A DNA stretch of 64,000 bases from positions 24,438-88,437 of the forward strand of contig JAQVBU010000003.1 of assembly GCA_028690155.1 (NCBI GenBank), read 5' to 3'. The notes beneath the pieces were generated by a model that made no database searches, was not told the DNA's origin, and worked only from the letters and a program-made list of their open reading frames with translations. This DNA is from Alphaproteobacteria bacterium. GTDB taxonomy: Bacteria > Pseudomonadota > Alphaproteobacteria > UBA9219. The position numbers and the translations under genes were made by a program. This document shows, in pieces, positions 19,501 to 27,925 of the stretch. Each line of letters begins with the position of its first letter. Positions within the stretch are counted from its first letter, which is position 1.

Positions 19501-19767
19501 CTTGTCATGCAAGTGCCCGTTATCCCACCTCCTTTAGTTAGCAACGCGCTTTCTCAAGAAATCGCGGCCCAAGCCGCTCCGACTCACCAAGCCGTCCAGC
19601 CCCTCAGCCAAAACGCCGTGGATCCCACACCGAAGGCCGAAAACGTCGATAAGGTCAACCGCAAGAAGGAAGACGACGGGCGCGAAGAGCGCCGCAAACG
19701 CCGGGCCATGGAGGGCAAAAGCGACGACGATCAGGAAGACGCCCACACCGTGGATTTAAGCATTTAA
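19501..19767 (+). CDS. Small hypothetical protein: Pro-rich N-terminus, highly charged C-terminus
   Basis: ORF MQVPVIPPP... with a GAAGGA RBS. No recognisable motif. Confidence 0.3.
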   Translation, partial: LVMQVPVIPPPLVSNALSQEIAAQAAPTHQAVQPLSQNAVDPTPKAENVDKVNRKKEDDGREERRKRRAMEGKSDDDQEDAHTVDLSI

Positions 19768-19776
19768 AAGCGGCTG

Positions 19777-20850
19777 TTACGCTCTTGGAACATAGGAAAT
19801 CCGGTACTGATAGTTCGGATCCTTGCGCACCGGATAAGGAAGAATGTCCCTCGTTGCCGAAAGAAGTCCATAAAACCTATCGATCGCGTCGTGCTGACGC
19901 TCTTTCTTATCGACGCCGTCGGGATCCAACACAAAATCGATGACATGGTGCTTATCATCAATCTGGCCGCCGACATCAATGCAAATCGCTCCACGAATTT
20001 TTCCTTGCTTAACGAGCTCGTTCGCAATCTTCATCATCGGATAGTCCGAATTTGAATCGCCCGCCACAATCAGAACATCTTTTCTGTCCAACGGGTAGAA
20101 CTCCGTCAGGATCTTTCGTGTCGTATACCCCTTATCCATTCCCTGGGGCTTAAAATCGATATAGCCTTGCGTCTGGACACGCCCATCAGCCAGCATCACA
20201 GGCGTTTTCTTGGACGCTTGCGTCACACAAGCGGCAATATCCTTGGGAAGCTGGGCGATCAACGTATTGGTTTGCTCGAAAAACGACTTAACCAGAGCCG
20301 ACTCTTCTTCGCCGTCAATTTGGAAAATGACCGCGCCGCATTTCTCGCGCTTGTCCACCTTCAGCAGAGGGTAAAGCTCCGGACGCGCGTCTGTCATTGC
20401 TTTGATGTCGTCCAAAACGGAGTGAATGCCGTCGATGACCTGATCCAACTTTTCCGCATCGTCTTCATAGCCGGGGATCGTTATAAAGGTCGATTCCACA
20501 TTTTCGGCAATGTTACCGCGCCACAAATGCCCCGAGTTCGAGGCCAAAAAGACATTCTCTAACGAGCCGAATTCTTCAACGTGGTCGGACTGCTTCAGAT
20601 AGTCTTCCGTGCTGGCCTCACCGCGCGCCGTCTGGACGATAACGCCTCCAACCTTGCGCGAAAAATCGGCAAAAAAGCCGTGCTGACCGCGCTCAAGCGG
20701 CGCATCGTCGAAATCTTTGGGATTCTTTTTCTTGGCCATCGTCAGATCATAGTCAAACAGACAGACGAGATTTTTGAGCGTAAGGCCAGGGTAGCACGCC
20801 AATCGAGAACGAAGGGCGTTTTCCTGTTCGACACTTAATCCGGAGTACAT
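19777..20850 (-). CDS. HAD-superfamily (subfamily IIB-like) hydrolase
   Basis: Motif I is FDYDLT and motif III is AGDSNSD. There is no further similarity I can name. Confidence 0.5.
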   Translation of the reverse strand: MYSGLSVEQENALRSRLACYPGLTLKNLVCLFDYDLTMAKKKNPKDFDDAPLERGQHGFFADFSRKVGGVIVQTARGEASTEDYLKQSDHVEEFGSLENVFLASNSGHLWRGNIAENVESTFITIPGYEDDAEKLDQVIDGIHSVLDDIKAMTDARPELYPLLKVDKREKCGAVIFQIDGEEESALVKSFFEQTNTLIAQLPKDIAACVTQASKKTPVMLADGRVQTQGYIDFKPQGMDKGYTTRKILTEFYPLDRKDVLIVAGDSNSDYPMMKIANELVKQGKIRGAICIDVGGQIDDKHHVIDFVLDPDGVDKKERQHDAIDRFYGLLSATRDILPYPVRKDPNYQYRISYVPRA

Positions 20851-21141
20851 TGAAATGATCCCTTGCTTTTTTTCTTAAGAAAAATCGATCCGTTGAGATC
20901 CTTCCTTATAAGAAATTCCTAATTATTTTCATAGGGAAAGTGGCATTCTTAATCATCTCCTCCTTGTTTCTTTTTGCTAAAAATCGCAATAACACACTGT
21001 TTTTCAACAAAGTTTTGAAACATCATTTCTGAAAGCATACCCTCTCGTTTTCTTGGATTTCGCATTACTCTGACTTCTGTGCTAATACAAAAATTCCATT
21101 ATCTTTGGCCCATCTTAAAGCCCGTCTCAAAGAGAGATCCC

Positions 21142-21993
21142 ATGACCGACATCGAAGAAAACACACCTCCTCCTCAAGAAGACGCCCCTGCTAGGCAGAG
21201 CCACAAAGGGCTTGTCGTTCTTGTCGCTGTAGGACTTCTCGCCGCCGCCGTCTGTACGGCGGGCGGGTGGCTTTATATGACCGATGGCGCGCTCTTTCAG
21301 AACAACGAAAGGGCGCAACGGCTCGACGCTTTGGATCACAGGCTCGATGCGTTGGAATCGGCTTTAAACGCCGCGCTGGCCTCAACCGCCTCGACACCCG
21401 AGGCGCTGGCCGCGCTGGAAGAAAAATTCCAGTATATGAAAGCCCAGATCGAAGAAAAAAACACACGTGCCAACCAGCCCGTTCAAGAAGCCGTGATTGC
21501 CACCCTCGCTTTTTGGGATCTTCGCGATGCCGCCAAGGATGGCCAGCCTTTTGACGAACCGTTAGCGCGCCTGCGCGTGGCCTTTGCCGATAATCCCTCT
21601 CTCGATCCCGTCTTACGCAAGCTTGTTCCTTTTGCGTCAAGCAAGACGCCGACGTTCGACCAACTTCAAGACGTCTTGGTTCTCAAGGAAGCCGACATTC
21701 CTGTGGAGAGCGACAACGATGCCTCGTGGATAACAAAAATCAAAAGGATTTTTCGCCCCCTGATTACCGTGAAGCCACGGCAAGATCCCCGCTTTAGCCC
21801 CTTAGAGGAAGCTCTGGCCTCTCAAGACCCCCAACGCCTACACACGGCGTTGGATTCCCTGCCGGAGCAAGCCCGCGCCGCCCTTGCGCCATGGGCGGCC
21901 GATGTGGATAAAAGGCTTGCGCTCGACGCGATTCTTAAAGAATTGAATACTGCCTTTTCGGTTCTGTCTCCTCCTGCAAAGGCTCGCCCATGA
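21142..21993 (+). CDS. HemX-like / Mic60 (mitofilin)-like membrane protein: N-terminal TM helix plus coiled coil
   Basis: A single N-terminal TM helix (LVVLVAVGLLAAAVCTAGGWLYM) is followed by a coiled coil. The gene lies immediately upstream of a hemY-like gene, which is the alphaproteobacterial Mic60 arrangement. Confidence 0.5.
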   Translation: MTDIEENTPPPQEDAPARQSHKGLVVLVAVGLLAAAVCTAGGWLYMTDGALFQNNERAQRLDALDHRLDALESALNAALASTASTPEALAALEEKFQYMKAQIEEKNTRANQPVQEAVIATLAFWDLRDAAKDGQPFDEPLARLRVAFADNPSLDPVLRKLVPFASSKTPTFDQLQDVLVLKEADIPVESDNDASWITKIKRIFRPLITVKPRQDPRFSPLEEALASQDPQRLHTALDSLPEQARAALAPWAADVDKRLALDAILKELNTAFSVLSPPAKARP

Positions 21994-23327
21994 TTCGATT
22001 TCTTCGTTTCCTTGTCCAGCTTGCCCTGCTTCTTGGCGTAGCCCTGTGGCTCGCCGACCGTCCGGGCGAAGCGCATATCGTTTGGCACGATACGGTCATT
22101 GAAACATCCGCCGCCTTCTTGGCCGTTGCCGTTCTGGTTCTCGGCCTTGTCATTCATCTTTTGTTTCGTCTTTGGTATTTGTTGCGCGACGGCCCGGCTC
22201 TTTGGCGCATGCGCCGCGACCTTGCCAAAGCCAAACGCGGACAAGACCTGATTGCACAGGGCCTCGTCGCTCTTGCCGCCGGAAACGCCAGCGAGGCCGG
22301 ACGCTTGGCTGTGGCGGCCCGCAAAAATATGGGGCGCACAATTTCGACTCAATGGCTTCAAGCGCAAGCGGCCCAGCTGGCGGGGGATCGCCGCGCCGCC
22401 AAGGAAATTTTCCGTGCGTTGGCCGCCAATGACGCGGCGGCGGTTTTAGGGTATCGCGGGCTTGTGGCCGAAGCGAAGCGAGACGGCAATTGGGAAGAAA
22501 TCGACGCTCTTCTAAGCGAATTGCATCGTCAGAAGCCGTCGACGCCTTGGCTGAGCCTGATGCGCATGGAAAGCGCGGCGCGCCACTGTCAGTGGGAGAA
22601 CGCCGAACAAGCTCTGTCTCACGCCATCGCCGCAAAATTGATGGATTCGGATCAAGGCCGCCAGACACGCGCGGCGTTGCGTGTGGCCGTGTCGCGAGCG
22701 GCGGCCATGGCCGCCGACAAGAGCAAGGCGCTTCAAGCCGCCGAACAAGCCGTTAAGCTGGCGCCCGATTGGCTCCCCGCCCTTTTAAGGCTTGCGGATG
22801 CACTGGCGGCAACAGGCCATGCGCGGGCCGCGACGCGCATGATCGAGCACGCGTGGAAAACACAACCGCATCCTCAATTGGCCCATCTTCTGCGCCGTAT
22901 GGCCAAAACGCCTTTGGAGGCCTTCAAACAAACGGAAAAACTTTGTCAGATCAATCCGTCCGCGCGCGAAAGTCGCCTCGCCATGGCCGAAGCCGCTTTG
23001 GATGCCGATATTTGGGGCGAAGCGCGTCGTCATCTGACGGCCTGCATCAATGAACGGTGCGCAACACAAGGTGTTTATCGCCTTTTGGCCCGCCTCGAAC
23101 GCGGTGAACATCACGACGAGCGCGCCGCCGCCCAGTGGCTAAGCAAGGCCGCTGAGGCCGCGCCCGATCCCGCATGGCTGTGCCGCACATGCGGACAGGC
23201 TCATGAAGTATGGATTCCCCTTTGCTCACCCTGCGGCTCCTTCAACAGCCTGGAATGGCGGCGTGACGGAAAAAGCCGTCCCTCTCTCCCTCACAAAAAA
23301 GGCCTTCTTGACGATGATGAATCTTGA
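21990..23327 (+). CDS. HemY-like TPR membrane protein
   Basis: Two N-terminal TM helices, then TPR-like repeats and a C-terminal CxxC...CxxC. It overlaps the upstream gene by 4 nt. Confidence 0.6.
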   Translation: MIRFLRFLVQLALLLGVALWLADRPGEAHIVWHDTVIETSAAFLAVAVLVLGLVIHLLFRLWYLLRDGPALWRMRRDLAKAKRGQDLIAQGLVALAAGNASEAGRLAVAARKNMGRTISTQWLQAQAAQLAGDRRAAKEIFRALAANDAAAVLGYRGLVAEAKRDGNWEEIDALLSELHRQKPSTPWLSLMRMESAARHCQWENAEQALSHAIAAKLMDSDQGRQTRAALRVAVSRAAAMAADKSKALQAAEQAVKLAPDWLPALLRLADALAATGHARAATRMIEHAWKTQPHPQLAHLLRRMAKTPLEAFKQTEKLCQINPSARESRLAMAEAALDADIWGEARRHLTACINERCATQGVYRLLARLERGEHHDERAAAQWLSKAAEAAPDPAWLCRTCGQAHEVWIPLCSPCGSFNSLEWRRDGKSRPSLPHKKGLLDDDES

Positions 23328-23499
23328 TGAGCTTGATCCGCCGCCTGCTTTGGCAAAACCGCGCGACTTGCAACCCCTTTCGATCCGCGAGCTTGAGGAG
23401 TACATCGTCTCCTTGCAAGACGAGGTGGCGCGCGCTGAAGCCATGATCGTCCAAAAGCAAGCCCACAAAAACGATATCGATTCCCTTTTTAAAAAATAG
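23314..23499 (+). CDS. DUF1192-family small protein
   Basis: MMNLDELDPPPALAKPRDLQPLSIRELEEYIVSLQDEVARAEAMI. It overlaps the hemY-like 3' end by 14 nt. Confidence 0.55.
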   Translation: MMNLDELDPPPALAKPRDLQPLSIRELEEYIVSLQDEVARAEAMIVQKQAHKNDIDSLFKK

Positions 23500-23510
23500 G
23501 TTTTGCTCGC

Positions 23511-24533
23511 ATGGCCACCGTTGTTCCGCTCCGGCACCCTTTAAAAACGCTGTCAACGTCTCCTTTGGAGCGATTGAAGGATCTTGTTTCCGACGATCTG
23601 GCCGCCGTCAATCAACTCATTCTTCAGCGCACGGAAAGCCAAGTTGAAATCATTCCACGCCTTGCCGGCCATATCATCGCGTCGGGAGGAAAACGGTTGA
23701 GGCCTCTTTTGACGCTCGCTTGCACCCGGCTTTGCGGTTACGAAGGCGCGCGCCATGTCAAGCTCGCCACCAGCGTCGAGTTTATTCACACAGCCACCTT
23801 GCTTCACGACGACGTCGTGGACGAAAGTTCCTTTCGACGCGGCACGCCTTCCGCAAACGCCCTCTTCGGTAACGAAGCCAGCGTGTTGGTCGGCGATTTC
23901 CTTTTCAGTCGCGCGTTCGAGCTTATGGTGGAAGACGGTTCGCTCGATGTGCTGCATGTTCTCGCCCGTGCCGCCGCAGTTATCTCGGAAGGCGAAGTTT
24001 TGCAGCTTATGACCGCCAACGACAGCACCACGAGTGAACAGGCCTATCTCGAAGTCATCCGAGCCAAAACGGCCGAGCTTTTCGCCGCCGCCTGCCGCAT
24101 TGGCGCGCTCGTCGCGAGGCGACCGGCCGCTGACGAGGAAGCGCTTCGCACGTTCGGCATTAACCTTGGCATCGCCTTCCAAATTGTGGATGATGTGCTG
24201 GATTATGCCTCGGATCAGACGCGGACAGGAAAAACGTCCGGCAACGACTTTCGCGAAGGAAAAATGACCCTGCCGGCCATTTTGGCCATTCACCGCGGGG
24301 ATGACGACGAACGTACGTTCTGGAAACGAACGCTTGAAAACATTGACCAGCGCGACGGCGATTTCGATCATGCGCGCGCTCTGATCGACCAACATCGGGC
24401 CTTACAAGATTCCTTGGACCGCGCCCGTCATTATGGCGCTATTGCCCGCGATGCGTTAGGGACCTTCCCGGCCTCCCCGATCCGTCAGGCGCTTCTTGAT
24501 ATCGTCACCTTTACGATCGAACGCGAATTTTAA
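23511..24533 (+). CDS. ispB: Polyprenyl (octaprenyl) diphosphate synthase
   Basis: The first DDxxD motif is LLHDDVVDE and the second is QIVDDVLD. The product is 340 aa. Confidence 0.85.
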   Translation: MATVVPLRHPLKTLSTSPLERLKDLVSDDLAAVNQLILQRTESQVEIIPRLAGHIIASGGKRLRPLLTLACTRLCGYEGARHVKLATSVEFIHTATLLHDDVVDESSFRRGTPSANALFGNEASVLVGDFLFSRAFELMVEDGSLDVLHVLARAAAVISEGEVLQLMTANDSTTSEQAYLEVIRAKTAELFAAACRIGALVARRPAADEEALRTFGINLGIAFQIVDDVLDYASDQTRTGKTSGNDFREGKMTLPAILAIHRGDDDERTFWKRTLENIDQRDGDFDHARALIDQHRALQDSLDRARHYGAIARDALGTFPASPIRQALLDIVTFTIEREF

Positions 24534-24622
24534 CGCCCTGATTTTAAGCCCTTATACGGAAGGGGCTTTTTAATATACTCTTTTGTGTTAGGATAGCCCT
24601 TCTACCCCCCTCGGCTTGTCTC

Positions 24623-25564
24623 ATGTTTTCGTCTTTGAAATCCTCGTTCTCCCTCTCCTCCTCGTCCGCCCCAAAAATGCGGTGGGTATGGGCTCTTTTC
24701 CGCCGCGAGGCCCTCGGACTGCTTCAAGATTTCTGGAAAGACGGCAAAGGCTTCAGCGTTCGACCGGCGGTCAGATCGGATTCGATTTCTTCCGACCCGA
24801 ATCCACAGAGCTTATGGCATGCCAAACCTGGCGAAATTGAAGAAAAAATGTGGGGAAGCGGGAGCCTCCTTCCCGCGGAAGAACTTCTGTACGAGCTTCT
24901 GAGCCGTCCTTTAAACCTGAATAAAGACATGAAGGTGCTCGATCTCACCGCGGGCATCGGGCACCGCATGGGGAAACTCGTCAGAGATTTCAATTGTTCG
25001 GTCGAAGGGCGCGAGACAAACCCTGAGCTTGCCGTACGAGGGCAGACCTTGCTGGCCGCCGAGGGCTTTGACAAAAAAGCTAATCTTACGCTCTATAATC
25101 CTGACGCCCTTCTCGAAACGCAAACATACACCTGCGTTATCGCAAGGGAACTTCTGTCACGCGTTTCGAACAAAGAAACATTCGTTCGAGCCCTTGTCGA
25201 CTGCTGTACAAAGGATGCCCAATTTTCCTTCTCGGACTATATCGTCAATCCGGAAGATCAAAATCAACCCGCTATTCTTGCTTGGAAAGCCTTTGAACCC
25301 GAAAGGGTGCCGCTGAGCCTTGTCGATATGGCCGAGCTTTGGGCCAAGGCAGGCGTCACGTTGCGCGTCCATGACGAACAAACGGACATGTATGAGGCCG
25401 AGATTAAGCAGGGCCTCCTTCGCTTAGCCCAGTTTATGGGTTCGGGCGTTCGGCCCGACTATCCGACCAAAAAAGCCATCAATCAAACCATAACCCTATG
25501 GGCGCATCGGGCTGCCGCGTTTGAACAAGGCATGAAATTCTACCGTTTCTACGGTAAACGTTAG
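24623..25564 (+). CDS. Class I SAM-dependent methyltransferase-like protein
   Basis: A motif I-like VLDLTAGIGHR. The start is uncertain. Confidence 0.4.
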   Translation: MFSSLKSSFSLSSSSAPKMRWVWALFRREALGLLQDFWKDGKGFSVRPAVRSDSISSDPNPQSLWHAKPGEIEEKMWGSGSLLPAEELLYELLSRPLNLNKDMKVLDLTAGIGHRMGKLVRDFNCSVEGRETNPELAVRGQTLLAAEGFDKKANLTLYNPDALLETQTYTCVIARELLSRVSNKETFVRALVDCCTKDAQFSFSDYIVNPEDQNQPAILAWKAFEPERVPLSLVDMAELWAKAGVTLRVHDEQTDMYEAEIKQGLLRLAQFMGSGVRPDYPTKKAINQTITLWAHRAAAFEQGMKFYRFYGKR

Positions 25565-25639
25565 TTTTTCCCCCATACGGTCGATAAATATTAGACGCCC
25601 GCGCGGAAAAAGCTTATAGCTACCGACGTTCAAACAAGG

Positions 25640-27337
25640 ATGGCCTTTGCGTTCATGAACCGACGATCAAAGCAAGCGCGCCGCCCGCCCGACGATGCAC
25701 TGTGGTTTTTGCCGCTTGGCGGCTCGGGCGAGATCGGTATGAATTTCAATCTTTATGGAACGGCAGGCCAATGGCTTATCGTTGATTGCGGGGTTACGTT
25801 CGGTGACGAGACGACACCCGGCATCGATCTTATCACGCCGGACATTTCTTTTATTATCGAGCATCGCGAGTTTCTTGCCGGCCTTGTCGTTACCCATGGC
25901 CATGAAGACCACATCGGGGCAATCAGCTATCTTTGGCCTCAACTGAAATGCCCTATTTATGCAACGCCGTTCACGGCCACCCTGATTCGCAACAAACTCG
26001 CTTATCAGAACCTCGATACGGCTCCTGTGTGTTTGTACGAAAAAGCGCCGGGCGATCGTTTTTCCATAGGCGCTTTTGACATCGAGTTTATCCCTGTCAC
26101 GCACTCCGTTCCCGAATCCCAAATGCTCGTTTTGCGAACCGCGTGCGGGACGGTCCTTCACACGGGCGACTGGAAATTCGACCCAGATCCGATTATCGGA
26201 AACACCACGGCCGTTCAAAAGATCAAGGCGCTTGGGGCTGAAGGTGTGATGGCTGTCGTTGCGGATTCGACCAACGCACAAGTCGAAGGGCATTCCGGTT
26301 CGGAACGCGAGGCCCAAGACGAATTCCGGAATCTGTTCCCAACCATCAAACAGCGCATTGTCGTCACATGCTTTGCCAGCAATGTGGCACGCATCAAATC
26401 TATCGCCTTGGCCGCCAAAGCGGCGGGCCGTTATGTGACCCTGGTAGGACGGTCCTTATGGCGCAACGCCGAAGCCGCGCATGCCTGCGGCTATTTGCCG
26501 GAATTCGACGAATTCCTAAGCGAAAACGAGGCGATGTTGTCGCCGCGGGATAAAATCGTCATGATCACGACCGGCTGTCAGGGCGAAGCCCGCGCCGCGC
26601 TGGCCCGCATCGCGAACGACGACCATCCGGAAATCGAGCTGGACGCAGGCGACACCGTCATTTTTTCTTCACGCAACATTCCCGGCAACGAACGCGCGAT
26701 CGCGCGGCTCCAAAACAACCTGATCGCGCTAGGGCTTTCCATCATAACGCCCGACGACGCGCCCGTTCATGTGTCGGGGCATGCGGCAAAGGACGAGATG
26801 ACCCAGCTTTATACATGGACGAAGCCCGCGCTTCTTCTCCCTGTCCACGGGGAGGCGCGCCATCAAAGCGAACATGCCGCACTGGCCAAACGCGCGGCCG
26901 TCAAGGATGTTATGATACCCCAAAACGGGCAAATCATCCGTCTGGGGCCGGGAATACATGAAGTTGTTGCCGAAGTCCCTGCCGGACGCTGGGGGCTGGA
27001 CGGCACCGTGTTGCGCAGCCTTGACGCCGACGTCGCCAAGAACAGAAAAAAACTTAGTCTGAACGGTCTTGCCGCCGTCACAATCGTGATGAACGCAAAA
27101 GGCCAGGCCGTGCGCGACCCTCAAATCAGTCTTATGGGATTGGTTGACGAAAGCGCCCTAAACGCGTTGCAGGACAAGGTGTCGGATGCCCTTCTCGACG
27201 CCATCGAGGCCATGCCAAAATCGGCCCGCAGCGACGATGCCGCGCTACGCCATGCCGTCGCCATGGCCGTACGCCGTACCATCAAGGAACAGATCGGCAA
27301 AAAACCCGTCACCGACGTTCATGTGGTGAGAATCTAA
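25640..27337 (+). CDS. rnj: Ribonuclease J (metallo-beta-lactamase / beta-CASP RNase)
   Basis: VTHGHEDHIGA, beta-CASP motifs and a 565-aa product. Confidence 0.85.
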   Translation: MAFAFMNRRSKQARRPPDDALWFLPLGGSGEIGMNFNLYGTAGQWLIVDCGVTFGDETTPGIDLITPDISFIIEHREFLAGLVVTHGHEDHIGAISYLWPQLKCPIYATPFTATLIRNKLAYQNLDTAPVCLYEKAPGDRFSIGAFDIEFIPVTHSVPESQMLVLRTACGTVLHTGDWKFDPDPIIGNTTAVQKIKALGAEGVMAVVADSTNAQVEGHSGSEREAQDEFRNLFPTIKQRIVVTCFASNVARIKSIALAAKAAGRYVTLVGRSLWRNAEAAHACGYLPEFDEFLSENEAMLSPRDKIVMITTGCQGEARAALARIANDDHPEIELDAGDTVIFSSRNIPGNERAIARLQNNLIALGLSIITPDDAPVHVSGHAAKDEMTQLYTWTKPALLLPVHGEARHQSEHAALAKRAAVKDVMIPQNGQIIRLGPGIHEVVAEVPAGRWGLDGTVLRSLDADVAKNRKKLSLNGLAAVTIVMNAKGQAVRDPQISLMGLVDESALNALQDKVSDALLDAIEAMPKSARSDDAALRHAVAMAVRRTIKEQIGKKPVTDVHVVRI

Positions 27338-27391
27338 AAGGCGCATGTGGGAGTTGGTATCGACTCGACCAACCCCCGAACTCATGCCCCT

Positions 27392-27715
27392 CTACTCTGC
27401 ATGCGCCTCAATCGAATGCCGCGTCTCCGCAGGCCTATACTCCTGCATACGCGTCGCTCGAAGCCCACGAACGCCATGGCTGTCCAGAAGAGTCATCCAT
27501 GACTGAAACTCTTCCTCCGATAACCGATAGCGTTCGCACGCCTCGGTGAACGAAAGAACCCCATTGCGCACCGCGGCAACAACCTGCGCCTTGCGGCGAA
27601 CGACCCATCGTTGGGTATTGGGAGGTGGAAGATGGCTAAGGTCTTTATCGCGTGAAATGCGAACGATCTTAACCTGATCTCCAGCTGTTGAAAAAGCCGG
27701 TTTATTTTCGCTCAT
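27392..27715 (-). CDS. DUF1153-family HTH-like protein
   Basis: RWVVRRKAQVVAAVRNGVLSFTEACERYRLSEEEFQSW matches the DUF1153 pattern. Confidence 0.55.
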   Translation of the reverse strand: MSENKPAFSTAGDQVKIVRISRDKDLSHLPPPNTQRWVVRRKAQVVAAVRNGVLSFTEACERYRLSEEEFQSWMTLLDSHGVRGLRATRMQEYRPAETRHSIEAHAE

Positions 27716-27925
27716 AATAAGACTCCCTAAAAAAAAGAACTTTCAATACCAGCGCAGAATACACGGAAACGTTTAAAATATACCTAATCGGTAAGGTTAA
27801 TTACCAGAAACTTCTATAAAAAATCGTGAAGAAAAAGAAGATGTTGCCGCATATTTACAATAAAAAAAGGCCAATTTGTCCTTCTTTTCAAACGGTAAGG
27901 TAAAAATCCGCCGTACCCTGACAGG

